Assembly (NCBI GenBank): GCA_964270895.1
Contig: OZ185435.1
Origin: Podarcis filfolensis
Lineage: Eukaryota
Direction: 5' to 3' (one strand)
Length of the DNA: 64,000 nucleotides
This document shows, piece after piece, positions 23,291 to 36,866 of the stretch. Position numbers and translations under genes: made by a program. Each line of letters opens with the position of its first letter. Positions within the stretch are counted from its first letter, which is position 1. The notes under the pieces are model-generated. The model saw only the letters and a program-made list of their open reading frames with translations. It made no database searches and was not told the DNA's origin.

Positions 23291-26194
23291 CAAAAAATCA
23301 TCTTGGCTATTGCTGGAAATCGTGGGGCTGCATTCCTGGGCTATGAAAATGGACCTATGCCATGTATCTTGAATTTCTCTGAGGCAGCCGCAAACATTTG
23401 GGCACCTGAGACCAAACACTTTTCTTCACTTGGTTGTCGCTCTGTTCAAGCACCAGCTAGCTGGTCCTTCAAGGGCTGAATGTCAGGTTTGCTGAGAGAG
23501 CTCGTGCTTGTGCCCCATGGGTAAAAGCATGCTTGCGATGCAGAGTTTGAGGCATGGCAGCCAGCCTGCATAAGTATATGTTTGTTTTAAGCTCCCTTGT
23601 GTACATAGGCATTTGGCCTAAGAATTATCTTCTGTTGTGCTAGGTGCAGGGAGGATAGCAGTTTTGGGGTTTCAGACGCTGCTTTTGTAGCTGGAACTGG
23701 GACACCAGGGCAGGCAGCCTTTTGTTGGGGGTGCCAGGAGCGCAGTCGGCAGCTGCTCCCACCTCAAACATGCAGAGTTTCCTGCAAAGTTGGCACTGGC
23801 TGCTTTGGCAGAAACTCTCCATATAGTGTTGTGATGCTCTGTGCCTTAGGCCAAACTAGCCTCTGGCTGAGGTGAAATAGGGAGGAAGAAAAGAAGCTTT
23901 TATCTCCAAAGTTAATGCAGAAAGCCTAGGTAGGTGTGCTAGCTACCTTTCCCTCCTCGGCATGAAAAGAGCATGCAAAATTTAGTCAGCTGGGCGTTGG
24001 CCATCGGGCTGCTCCCTAGGGGCTGCTTCCTGCAGACAGTATCCAGGGCAGGCTATGATTCCTCCTGGCGAATGTTGCTGTCTGCAGAGGACTTTGCTCC
24101 TGTGCAGCTGATAGGCAGGGCCTTATCTCGAAGAACGCCAAGATTCTATTTGCCGTAAGGCTGTAATTGAAAACTAGCTGGCTTTTCTCCCTGAATGTTT
24201 TTTGAAGCAGAGTAGTGCTGGAACGGAACACCTGCAAATGAGTTTTTGAGGTACCTTTGTAACAAAGGGACTGTTTTGATCCCACCGAGGATCACGCATG
24301 CGAGCCTCGAAGTGATTGTACAGGGAATCTTGACTGGCTTGTTGACGTGGAATGTTATCACCACGTTGCTTTGTGCTTTTATAGGTAATGCTGAGCCAGG
24401 AGTTGCCGTATGGCTGGTTGCGGCGTTCTTGTAGCAAAATGGCCAACTTGGTAATTACCAGTTCTTCTCCTCCTCCCTCTCTCCTTCCACATTCTCCCCT
24501 ACATCCTTGAAGCTTCAGCCCCTTCGAGCCAAGCGGCCGCCTCTTCAGTCAAATCCTGCCTTGGCTTTGGCGAGGTGGGTGGGGGTTGGGGTGGGGAAGG
24601 AGGAGGGAGCCAGGAAGGGTTGTTTTTCCTCTAACATGATAAGGAGCACTGCTGGGTAAAGTGGGAGCTCTTGCTCCTGATTGGTGGCCAGGCTGCCCTG
24701 GAATGCTCTGGCCCGTTTCCCAGAATCCAGTACTCTGTGTTTGTTTGTTTCTGAGACTGAGGTCTGGTGCTACTGTGACAGGAAATGGGGAAGCTGGAGG
24801 GGAGGTGGTGGTTGGGGGGGGGCGCGTAGAGAAGGGAGATGTCTGTGTATGTGCCTGTGAAATCCCTTTGTCCCCAGAGCTCAGCTGCAAATTCCCACAG
24901 AGGGGGAAAAGTGGCCTTTTGTGTTGCGAAAGATTTTTCAACTCTCAACTTGCAAAGCTCCTGTGCTTGGAGGCTGGGAGCGTTGAATTCTTCCTGACTG
25001 ACTGCCTCATCCATAGATCTGTCCCCTCCCTCTCAGGGGGAGGAAAATAGAACTTGTATGAGATGAGATATCTTGGTTGGTGTGTTTCTTCTGTGGCTGT
25101 GTATACGTAAATTAAATTATGGGAGCTCCCAGTGCACGTTGGACACAGCCAGTGTGTACAACGCTTGGTTCTTCTGGTAGATGCATGCATCTGTCACAGA
25201 TATGTATCCTACCAGTGCTGCTGATAAATACTAGTAATAATCTGATTTAAGGCAGCAGTGAGGCACTCCTAGCTCAGATATATGCAGTCATTCCTGTACC
25301 ACCTTCAGGTATAGAAATGCCACTCCCCAATCAGCCACAGTTACATTGATGACTAGACTAGTGTGGTGCTTGGTTTAGGTTTTTCAAGTTAACAAGTACC
25401 CAAAGGCCCAATGAATAGTTGTACTTGCGCAAGCATCTTCTATAGTTTTAGCAGCTGTGGGGCTGTATACTTTGTGAACCGTAATTAATCCACTGATCCT
25501 AGGTGTCTTTGAGGGAGTAGATTCCCTCCTCTCCATGATGAACCATAACCCCAAATTTCCAACTTTCCTGATTTTTATTATTTATGCCCTAGCCCCTGTA
25601 TAATCCAAAATATTGGACAAAAGGTGAGAGCATTATACTGTCCATTCCCTTTGCAAGAAACTTGCCTGGTCCTGCCTTTGAAGTGGTGTTTTGCTAATGA
25701 ATGATGTCATAGCAGTGACTGACATTTAGGAAAGCAAGGCAGAAAGAAGTCTAGAATGATTCACCCATTATCTGGAGAAGGAACTTCCTGGTTCATTTCT
25801 AAGCTCTTTTCATCTTCCTTTGTGGAAAAGTGATTGGCGGACAGAAAATAATTTGGAAATGCAGACTAGTATAACTTTGATAGGTCAGAAATGTGTCTGT
25901 ACGAAAAGTAGCAGCAAAGACAGGAGCTGATCTTGACCATATTTAATAAACCTAAAATGATTAATGTTGGAAAACATTTTAAAAAAAATATTCTCCAAGT
26001 ACAGGTAAAGTTTATCATTATTGTACCCGCACTGTGGGGGTATGGATATGCTGCTAAAAGAATGTGGGTTATACTCACCCTGCAAAGTAGCCCAGAGTTA
26101 TAGCCATTCTAGGGGGGGAGTGAGCAAGCCTGCAGCGCAGACTCCCAGTGGTCAGTCTTCCGGCATGTTGCCTCTCCTCCCACCCCAAAGGAGA

Positions 26195-26198
<4 letters not shown>

Positions 26199-26262
<64 letters not shown>
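26199..26262. repeat. Perfect 64-bp palindromic microsatellite (GT)15GC-GC(AC)15
   Basis: Direct reading of the sequence; the arms are exact reverse complements. Confidence 0.95.
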
Positions 26263-26265
<3 letters not shown>

Positions 26266-26419
26266 GAAGTTGTTTGTAGCACTAGTGCAGTGAAAGGATG
26301 GAGCAGGTGAAGGGAGCCAGGAAAACAACTAAGGGTTTTGTCAGTGAGTAGTCTGGGAACAAAGCCAACCTGCTGAGAAAGAGGCATACACCTGGCATAT
26401 GAGTTTGGTGCCTAGACCT

Positions 26420-26835
26420 CCCTGCATAACACTAGAACTTGTGGACATCCAATGAAGCTGAATGTTGGAAGATTCAGGACAGAAACAAAGCAAACACTTC
26501 CTCATGCAGCACATGGTTAAATTATGGAATCTGCTCCCACAGGAGGCGGTGGTGGCCATTGGCGTGGATGGCTTTAAAAGATGGATGAGGCAAATCCATT
26601 GAGGATAAGACTAGCAGTGACTACCAGTCACAATGGCTATGTTTTGCCCCCATTGTCAGAAGGACTATGCCTCTGAATACCAGTGGCAAGGGATCACAGG
26701 TGGCCAGAGTGGTGGTGTGCTCAGGTCCAGCTTGCATGTGGGCATCTGACTGGCCACTGTGAGAACAAGATGCTGGACTAGATGGGCCATAGGGCTGGTC
26801 CAGCATGCTCCCATTGCGTGCTTCTGTTCTTATGC
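26420..26835 (+). mobile_element. CR1 LINE 3' end (ORF2 terminus plus 3'UTR)
   Basis: ACTTGTGGACATCCAATGAAGCTGAATGTTGGAAGATTCAGGACAGA...ATTATGGAATCTGCTCCCACAGGAGG encodes the CR1 ORF2-end motif (GHPMKLNVGRFRT...LWNLLPQE). Confidence 0.75.
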
Positions 26836-29800
26836 TGCTTTGTCACCAGAAATGGGTGGTCTCTGGTGCTATGTTTGTGTGCACTTTTCCCTTTACCCCC
26901 GGGATCAGTCCTTGTGGATCCACCCATACCACTAATGTCCTGACTTCACTAATTAGATGGGCAGGTGTTGCTTGGCTGGCTCCAAAATGTGTGATCTTGG
27001 TGGCCTCAAGAGTTATTGTGCTGTCTTAATTGTGACCTGTCTGTAGTCTCCATGCCTCCTCATTGCAGCCTCTTAGCCAGTTAGCCTGCTAGCAGCTAGC
27101 CCATGACTAGTCATTCCACACTGGTGCATGTTGACAGTGGTCCTCTGTAACTTACCTGTTGAACACAGATGGAATGTGGGTGGTACCGCTATTCTTGGCT
27201 ATCTGGGACTGTGGATACAAGCTGTTCAGAAATGGGGAGCGGACACCTCACTTTTCCTACATCTTTCTAGTTCATAGATTCATGGCGTTTACCAGTGAGG
27301 CAACCCTCAAACAGGGACGCACAAAACCCTCCTTTGACTGCCCAGAAGGACAGCTGCCCTGCAGTCAGATTGCTGGCATACCACTGGAACAATCCCTTCC
27401 CTCTGTTCTGCTGCCGACTCGGCACCATTTCCTTTCCTGTTGTGTGTATGCTCCATACTCCCTCCCCTCCTCCCTCCACCTCAGAACTGCTGCTCCCTTC
27501 CTGTCAGATGTGGGGTGTAACCTTGGTCTGAGCAGGCCAGGGCTCATGTTTCTTGGTGTGTGCTTTGCTGTTGCTTCATGGAGTTGGACTCTTCTGCTCC
27601 TCCAGCCCATCCCAAAAACTGTGTTGTAGCTGGTTTTGTACATTTCCCCCAAGTTAACTTGAACTTCCAGAAAAGGGAAAGGAGCCAGCTCCTGTTACAG
27701 ACATGGATCCGCACTGAAACCACAAGGGGGTTGTCGGTTTGAGCCCCACGTTGGGTAAAATATACCTACACTGCAGGGGGTTGGTTGGACTAGATGACTC
27801 CTGTGGTCCCAACTCTATGATTCTATAGGTCTTAGAGTTTTGATCTCTCATTTGATCTCTGTTTATACCCCACACTCAGCTAATCCTAAACCTAGTCCCC
27901 CCCCCTTTGTTTAACTGCTGCTTTCCCATGCATAAAATGTATTTATCCTCATTATGGAATTGTGTTTCGAACTGTCCTTGAGGCATGTCGGAGCCTTGAG
28001 TAGATGGATTTACTCCCTTCCCTCCCGCTTGATCTCATGTCTTCCGCTCATTCTCTTGAGGGGCCTCCAAAGTCAGCCCTTCCTTTCCACACCCTTATCA
28101 CTGCTTTCCTATCTGCCTCTCCTGGAGCTGCTCAGCTTTCCCCTTATATGGCCAGGTGAGCCAATGGTGAGTATAAGCCTGGGACACTAGAGTCCTGATT
28201 AGTTAGGCATGTAATCTACATCCCTGGAGGGGTTGCAGGGGGCGGCTGTGTGTAGGGATAGGGAGCCAGGTGAGTCTCTTGAAGTGAGATCAAATCAACT
28301 AGTTAAACCAGTCTTGTGTGTGTGACACATGTTGGGGGTGAAGCTCTGCCTTTCTGCCCTGGGCCAGTTCTAATTGGTGAGGGACGCGCCCTAAGTGCAG
28401 CCAGCCCAAGCTTTGTTGCAGAAGTCTAGCTGGCGGAGGGGAGGGGGGTGGAAGGAACTCAGGCCGCCTTTGGAAAGGGACTATGCCTGCCTGTAAGGGT
28501 GTATGGTGTCCTTTGCATTCTTCATGAACAAGGAACTTGCTTGCGTAGGGAGTGGCAACTGTTCAAAGTCCATGCTGAGTAATGAACAAAGCTATCGCAT
28601 GGGGCTTTTTGCTCTATGCTTGGCAAAGGCAGATGCCTTTCCAGTAAAAGCAAAACATTCTCGGCGTAGGAGCAGGGAGAGCAAATCCCAGAATGAGAAA
28701 CAGGTGAACGAAACACAGACCTGGAGCTTTTGCCCTCTGTTTTGAAATCCTCCAGTTTGCAAAAAAAATGTCAAGGCGGTCACTAAAACCCCAGTCTTGT
28801 TACAGTTTTCCCCTGGCCTCTCTTTTTGAATGCTGTATTACAAGCAAAGTGTGTGAGTGTTTCGCTTCCTTCCTGGCCACTGGACTACTTGCCAAGTGGA
28901 ACAGATGCTGCTGTTAACTTAAATGCTATCAGGATCCAAAGGTACGCTGCTGTAAAACTCTCACCCACCAAGGAGAAGGTGTCTGGGGCATATAAATTCA
29001 AGTGTATGGAAGCTATGCACAACCAGTACCTTTTCCTTCTGCTAATTTAGGGAAGGGGGCATCCTGACCCCTTGAGCATTGGGTGTCATTCTCAACCCAC
29101 ACCTGCACAAGTTAGAGTTTCCCAAGCTTCCTGATTCCCACCCCACATTGATGTCCATCCTCCTCTCTCTTAAGGGTTATAACTATGGCTGCTGATTAAA
29201 TTCGTGGTTAAAAGATTCACCCAGCCCCACCTGTATCCAAGGTATAGGCACATGCCAGCAAGCCCATGGCGTGCCTGCTCCTGATCACGTGCAGAATCTC
29301 TGTTGTCCTGCTAGAGCAATTTTCTAGCCTTGTGACTTTGGATAGAGTCATGTTCCTAACTCTGGCAGAAATGTGAGAGGGGGCTGAGGACGTCCAGCAT
29401 CTGGCAGCATCTAGTCCTGTGACTGTAATTCATTTTAACCGTTTTAACTTTAGATGGTGGAAACCCCTCCCTGGGACCTGGCGTGTAGTAGTGATATTAA
29501 AAATACTGATAGGCAGAGCTAACGTACTGGCCGACACCTCTGCCCTGTGCCTCTGGCAGTGTGCAGTGACAAGGTGCTGTGAGGTGAAAGGTCATGGATG
29601 CATGGAGAATTGACCACATGGGTTAGAGGGAGCTCAGCAGTGCAGGAAGGAGCTAAGATGCTAACTAGAAGTTGACCTTCAAGCTAGGAAAAACTTTAAC
29701 AAAGAAGTGGGTCTTGAGAAGGGTCCATGTGTCAAAGCAAAGGGGTTCAGTGAATAAAAAGAGGAAGGCTATTGGAAGAGTAAGGGGCATTTGGGACATG

Positions 29801-30623
29801 TGGGGCAACACATCCAAGTTTGGCAATGACTAAGGTGGCTAGCGTTCATACTTCCCATTTTCAGGTGTACGCCTTTTTTAAAAGTAAAAGCATAAAGAAG
29901 TCTTACGAAGAACATGATTGAAAGTGGAGAAAGAAGAAAAATGGAGGTGTGTTTTTCAACAATGCTTACCAGGAAAGAGTTTGTTTAGTCTTCTTGCAAC
30001 TTCTTCCCTCTTCCACTTGTGTGTGTGTGTGTGTGTTGCTATGTTGCAGGGGAAGCACTGTAGTTCAATAGCTGAGCACATTCCTTACATGCAGAAGTTC
30101 CAGGTCCAGTTGTTGGCATCTCCAGATAGAGTTGAGCAAAGCCCCTTCTTGAAACCCTGGCCTGGAGAGCTTGGTTCCAGTCAATGTAAGCCAGTAGCTT
30201 TCAAGATAATGTTGAACACCTCGTTCCCATCAGCCCCAGGCAGCATGGCCAAGATCAGGGATGATGGAAGTTGTAGTCCCAACAACATCCAGAGGGCCAT
30301 AGGTTCCTCACCACTGATGGAGACAATACTGAGCTAGATTGACCAATGGCGTGACTTGATTTAAAACCACTTCCTGTGTTCTGTCTTGTGTGCACAAGAA
30401 CTTGGGAGGAAAGTCGCGAAGTGCTACTGAATGATGTGCTTCCTGAATGTGTCCATTTATGCATGATCAGAGTGTGGTTTTGGATTCCTACCCATAACTG
30501 GTGATGGTGAGCTGCTAGCCATACTTCTATCCCCCTTTTTAATTCAGGATCTTTTGGGATCTCTTCCTGACTTCATTCTCTTTCCTCACAATTTATTTTC
30601 AATGGTGGCTTCAGAAATGGTTA

Positions 30624-30881
30624 CCGTATTTTTCGCTCTATAAGACGCACCAGACCACAAGACGACCTAGTTTTTGGAGGAGGAAAACAAGAAAAAAAAT
30701 ATTCTGAATCTCAGAAGCCAGAACAGCAAGAGGGGTCACTGCGCAGTGAAAGCAGTGATCCCTCTTGCTGTTCTGGCTTCTGGGATAGCTGCACAGCCTG
30801 CATTAGCTCCATAAGATGCGCACACATTTCCCCTTACTTTTTAGGAGGGAAAAAGTGAGTCTTATAGAGCAAAAAATATGG
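30624..30881. mobile_element. pogo/Tigger-type MITE
   Basis: TIR CCGTATTTTTCGCTCTATAAGAC ... GTCTTATAGAGCAAAAAATATGG with TA flanks. Internal inverted repeat CAGAAGCCAGAACAGCAAGAGGG / CCCTCTTGCTGTTCTGGCTTCTG. Confidence 0.85.
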
Positions 30882-32214
30882 TATTTTGAAAAATAAAATA
30901 CTTCTACTTGGGGAATTACTAGAAAGTAAAGCTTCACTTTGTTGCCGGGGTTGAACAAGCTCTTCCTGTTAGTTTCTGTCTTTGGAACTGGGGAGACATT
31001 GAGAGTTGCGCTGGTTGAGGATAATGGAAGTTGTATTCCAAAAACATGGAATGCCCCAGGTTGGCAAAGGTTGATGTAGAGAGCCGTTAGCCCACAAAAG
31101 CTGAATATTGCAAAATAGAGTTACTTAATGCCTGTAAAAAAGTTATTTAATGCCTGTATATGGGGGGTGTTCTGCAGTTGTTTTGAAGACAGGGGACTCC
31201 TGTTGTCTTGGACGAGTGTCATGTTTTAAGTACAGTATCAAGTTATAGGAGGGGCTGGAGAAGGTGTGCAGGGATTGCTGACAATTGTCAAACATGTCAC
31301 CATCTGGGAAGATTATTTTATTACAATTTTGGGTTGCTCTCTTGAAGCAATTCATATTTCCCCATTCTCTCTGTATCTTTCTATATGTGATGGGGTTGTG
31401 TGTGTGTGTGTATAACATAACAGATAAAACAACTGCATATAAACACAGTTGAAACAACAACAATTATAATTATAATTATAAAAACAGTTTAAAACTGCCG
31501 CATACAGCAAAACAATTCCAATCCAGGACAGATACTAACTGGGATAAAGACTTTGGTATGCTTGCTAAAAGATAATAATCTGAGGAATGTGTTCTGAAGT
31601 AGAAGGCTGCAAGAAATTCTATATTTTAGCAACCTTTTAGCAGTTGAAAGCAGAACCAGCTTATCTTATATATATGCATCTGGCTTAATTATTTTGTGCC
31701 AGTGCTGTTTCTTTTGGATACAAACATTTTGGGACCAAATTGTGGTGCCTCTTTAAATGTCTGTTGCATGTGCTAACCTCCCACTGCTTCCTCTCTTTTC
31801 CCTCCTCCAGTTAAGATACACCCTTTTATTAAGAGGGCAGTGTTAGGCCTAAGTTTTTGAAATGATTAGGGTTACGCCTTTGGAGCTTTATTTAAGCTGA
31901 ATCTATGGCCATCCAGATGTTGTGCCTGCATCAGCCCTGGCCAGTAGTCAGGGATGATGAGAGTTATCCTGCTTGGATAAACAGGCCTGGAATGGCAAAT
32001 ATAATTAGGGACGTAGGAAGCTGTTTTGTACTGAGTCAGGCCAATAGTTCATCTAGCTCAGTATTGTCAACACTGGCTGGCAGCAACTGCCTGGGATTTC
32101 AGGCAGGGATCTCTGCCTGCCCTAACTTGAACCTGGGACCTTCTGCAAGTAAAGCAGATGCTCTACCACTGAGCTATGGCTCTGTCTCGGCTGACTTGCA
32201 GCGGCAACATTTAT

Positions 32215-32400
32215 ATGCTGCCCATGTGGCTGGGTTGCACCAGCCACTCTGGGCGGCTTCCAACAAATTATAAAGCCACAGTAAAATAATCAAACATTAA
32301 ACACTTCCCTATCCACGGCTACCTTCAGATGTCTTCTAAAAGTCATCTGACGGGAGGGTGTTCCACTGGTTGGGTGCAACTGAGAAGGCCCTCAGAGCTG
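32215..32400 (-). mobile_element. L2-type 3' end fragment
   Basis: Approximately the reverse complement of the 47080-47210 part of the L2 copy at 46905-47250. Confidence 0.7.
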
Positions 32401-32566
32401 GAGCTCAGTGTTCACGCTGAATGATTGGGGTGGAGACACCTCCCTAAGGCCTTGCATACCTGAAGTAGTAAGAAAATGCTGGTTGATAGTTTGCTTTCTG
32501 GGTTGTGAGGCACTTGGGAACTCTACTACTGTGTGTTCATAGCTGTATCAGCATCCATGAGTGTTA

Positions 32567-32820
32567 GGTAAAAGGTAAAGGACCCCTGGACGGTTAAGTC
32601 CAGTCAAAGGTGACTATGGGGTGTGGTGCTCATCTCGCTTTTGGGCCAAGGGAGCCGGTGTTTGTCCACAGACAACTTTCCAGGTCATGTGGCCAGCATG
32701 ACTAAACCGCTTCTGGGGCAACAGAACCCCGTGACGGATGTCAGAGCACATGGAAATGCCGTTTACCTTCCCACTGCCTGTTTATCTACTTGCAATGACG
32801 TGCTTTCAGATTGCTAGGTT
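32567..32820 (+). mobile_element. Sauria SINE (truncated)
   Basis: GGTAAAAGGTAAAGGGACCCCTGGACGGTTAAGTCCAGTC ... GGTCATGTGGCCAGCATGACT ... GTTTACCTTCCC are hallmark Sauria SINE motifs. Confidence 0.85.
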
Positions 32821-35800
32821 TTGTATGCCTTTTAGGTGGTGGTAGGGAACTGTCTCCCGCTTTCTAATGGGTTCTAGGCCAAGTAACTGCCTTGCATGCT
32901 ATGTTAGTTATCCCAATTACACAGCACACTGGAGCACGAAATACCTGTTCAGGTAAGTGCGCTTAACCTGGCCACTTTTTAAGCTGGCAGTTTCAGCAGT
33001 GAAAAGGCAACCATAGGTGCAATGATTTTCATCGAGTCCCAATCTAGATTGGAGTATGTTCTGGATCAAGCCTTCCTCCTGCTGCTCCCCCCCCCCCCAA
33101 TAAAAATAAAACTGACCATACTTAAGTGCATTTGTTTTAAAGAGGTGACTTGACGTATATTCTGGCACTTGGGCAATAGATTTGGAAAGTGGAGGGAAGG
33201 ACCTAGGGAAAACATAAACCTGCCTTTTGATAGTGTGCCTTACTACTTTTAGGGGACAGGGAGCATGTATCAAGTTGCTCTTCCTGTGTTATTGTTTATA
33301 TGTGGGTGGTTTGAAAAGTGCTTGCATGGGGGCAACTCCTTCTCTGGAACTGGCTCATCTCCCAAGGCAAGTTTCTTCTCCAAGGCAGCTGCAGTCCTTA
33401 CATGGATTTAGGAACTGCAACAACTAGCTTTTCCAGTTCTCCCACAAGCAGGTAGGATGCCAAAAGAGCTCCTAGAGCACCTATTAGGAATGGTGAGTTA
33501 ATGAGTTGTTCTAAATCGTCACAAAATATCTAATATCGGTTGTGCTTCTTGTTGTGCCAGATAGCCACAGTTAAGCTCTAGAAATCGGATCAGGGCTTCT
33601 TGAGCAGCAATTTACATTTATTTACATGAGGCCCATAATAAGAGAGTGAACTAGCCCAGGAAATGTCTAGAGCCGATCCCATTTGGGAAGGATGTAGTAG
33701 GAAGGCTTCTGAGTTTGCTCAGATTTCATCTTGGCTTGCATGCATTTTGTTCATTAGCCTGTGTGGAGGAAGTGAGGGCGGTATCTTGTGCCTCCTTGCA
33801 AATGGAGCCCACAGAAATGTTTAACTTTGGGCATTGGCCTCTGCAGGATGCGTGAGTTCGCAGAAATCCTACCTGTGTACACATGCCGTATGTGTTTTGC
33901 TAGGGCTCATAGCAGGGCAGGGGGGGGGGAAGTGCATTTATGGGTAGGAGAAGCAGCAGTAAGTATTCATGTTTGCATTTGCCTTTAATGCAGTGTCTGC
34001 AGCTGTTCATAGTTTCCAACTACAACTTGAACTGTATTTAGAGATCTAAAAAGTAAGTAGTCCAGCTTGGGGGTTGCATGGCTTTTAACTCTTGAAGGTA
34101 CTAGAAACTTCACATGATCCTCTGGTGTTGTGGGATCAGACTTGTGAATATGCTAGCATGAATGCACTTTGCTGAATTCAGAACATGGCCTTGAGTTGTT
34201 GTGTATGAAAGCATCAAAGCAAAAAGGCAAATCCAGAAGTATATATACCAGGCTTCCAGCCCTTGGGGCTTTGGTGAACCAAACCCTGAGAACTTGCAGT
34301 TTCTCTTATGTATGGAGCATCTGATCAGAAGTCCATTTGTTACAGTGAACACTTGCCCTTTCAAGCAGCATTATACAAGTTCCAGTCAGCTGAATATCTG
34401 GCAGAGCATTATGTGAAGAGAGCGTGTCTGTTGGTGGAAACACTTGTTTTGTCATTTTAAACTGCAATGTCTGCTTTGGGGTGCTTCATTTATTGTCTCT
34501 CTGACCAGTCCCATCTCTGATAATTTCAAGATCTCTAATGGTACCTTGCCTTTCAGGCTGCTTTTGGTCCCAGAAGTCCAGTGTAGCATCTAAGTGCGAG
34601 TTAGAATGTGAGTTGTCCAGGTGTGTTTGTACTGGGCCATGACAGCCTTGCAAACAACTTTTGCAATTCTTCTGGGTGGGAGAGATAGTCAGGGTGTGGG
34701 TGGGTGTATGAGAGAGAGAGAGAGATTCAGGGAAGTTTGTGGAGGAGTTCTGTGTCTGTGCAGTAATGGTTGTAATCACAATTACATGTGATGGTTGCAA
34801 GCACTGTGTTCCATGTATTAGTGGCAACTTGTTCTGTGGCTAATAGTTTGTGTATTAGTGGCTACAGATGCTCTGTTATACAAAAAGGCCATCTCTTTCA
34901 GATCCTACTTACGGGCATGTCCATCTGCCTGGGGTAATAAATGGACCTCTGAAATAGATGGATCTTTGAGCCAGCTGGTCAGTTCTGACATAAATTTCAT
35001 GTTGATCTTTTGCAGTGCAAGATGAATTTGATGCTTTTCTATCAGTTGAGTGGAAACACAGCAGCAAGCAAGGAGGAATATCTTCTTCCTCACTGTGTTC
35101 AAAAGTCTTTGTTACATAGAAAAGCACACACTGGCTAAACAGCTGCGGAGGCAGAGCCACAACCAACCTGGCTTTTGGGGGGACATATGCTCATCCCAGC
35201 CAGAAGTGAGGCTTGAGGATCATGGCACATGGATGTGGTCCTGGAGAATGGCACCACACTGCTCTTTCCGAGGCATAGGAACCAGCAGCATGAACTCTGA
35301 GTTGGCAAGCATTTTGGCGACTGAAATCTTGGTTTAAGGAGCTATTTGGCACCTAGCTTATATATCCCATTTTCTAATACTGCCCTGAACACTTGATAAT
35401 GCTGTATAAATATATTTTGCATTAAACAGGCAGGGGAAACATCATGTATGATTTGTCAAGAGCGAGATAAAAAGGGGGAAGGAGCTGAGGTTCCCTTTCT
35501 TAAAGGAATCCTGAGTTTCCAACCTTTTATCAGAGTGTTTGTCAGGTTCTGTAAGGTACATTTATTTGAGTACGAAGGAGAGAACCATGGCCCACATCTG
35601 GCTGGTGGAGCAGTGCTCTCCACTCACCAACCCAGATCGCAAAACAAGCAAAATATGCTAGCAGACTTCTTTCTTCCTAGCGCAGAGTATGCCAGACCCT
35701 AGGCAGAATGTGTTTGCTTGTTGAATTCACACACGGTTGCTGTCTAGACACAGGGAAAGTAGGTGTTATTACTTAACTTAACACAGTGCTCACTGCACTT

Positions 35801-36401
35801 CCATGGGCCAAATCCCTAGCATCAATATTGGGTAATGCAGTTTGGCTTATAAAATGGAGCATGGAGAGCCTGATGAAGAGCATGGAGAGCTGCAGACCAA
35901 ACCATCTGAAGTGCACCAGGTTGTGAAAGGCTGTCAATAAGACATGGTTTCCCTTTTCCTTTTTTTCCCCTTCCTCCCTTTATTTAAGAGGCAGCAGCAG
36001 TACTTGCTTGGTATACTAAAATTATCTCTCTCGTAGATAATAGCCTAGCTCTCAGAAGGGGTTTCTGCTCAGTGGCTCAGTTCACATGGAACACCAAACC
36101 ATAACCAGACCCAATTTATAAAGTCATTTGTCTGGAGTGAGACAAACCACAAGCCTGGGTTCAGATGTGATGCAATAGCAAGCCATAGCTTGGCTCTGGG
36201 TAGCATGTCAGTTGGAGGACAGGGGAAGGAGTGCAGCATCTATGGTCTCTCCAGGACCTCTCTTGGCTCACATATTCATACTAAGGCATGAACTGGTGAA
36301 CCAGGTCTGTATGTTTCAGGCTTGAGGTGTTTCTATTTTAAAGTACATTGAGGAGACCCTGGGAATGTCTAGGCATCTCGCTCTTGTGATGAAATAGTGT
36401 A

Positions 36402-36616
36402 CAGTGGTACCTCGGGTTACATACGCTTCAGGTTACAGACTCCGCTAACCCAGAAATAGTACCTCGGGTTAAGAACTTTGCTTCAGGGTGAGAACAGAAA
36501 TCGCGCGGCGGCAGCGGGAGGCCCCATTAGCTAAAGTGGTGCTTCAGGTTAAGAACAGTTTCAGGTTAAGAACGGACCTCCGGAACGAATTAAGTATGTA
36601 ACCAGAGGTACCACTG
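36402..36616. mobile_element. Tc1/mariner-pogo-type MITE (same family as 8373-8603)
   Basis: CAGTGGTACCTCGGGTTAC ... AGAGGTACCACTG with TA flanks. Confidence 0.9.
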
Positions 36617-36623
36617 TATAGTA

Positions 36624-36866
36624 CAATGGTACCTTGGTTCCCGAATGGCTTAGTTGTCAAACAAATTGGCTTCCGAATGCCACAAACCCGGAAGTAAGTG
36701 TTCCGGTTTGTGAATGTTTTTCGGAAGCCGCATGTCCGACGCCACTTCTGCTTGAGTGCAGGAAGCTCCTGCAGCCAATGAGAAGCCGTACCTTGGTTTT
36801 CGAATGGTTTCGGGAGTCAAACGGACTCCCGGAACAGATTTAAGTTCAAGAACCTTGGTACCACTG
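36624..36866. mobile_element. Second MITE family sharing the same TIR ends
   Basis: CAATGGTACCTTGGTTC ... GAACCTTGGTACCACTG with TA flanks; the internal sequence differs from the adjacent MITE. Confidence 0.8.
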
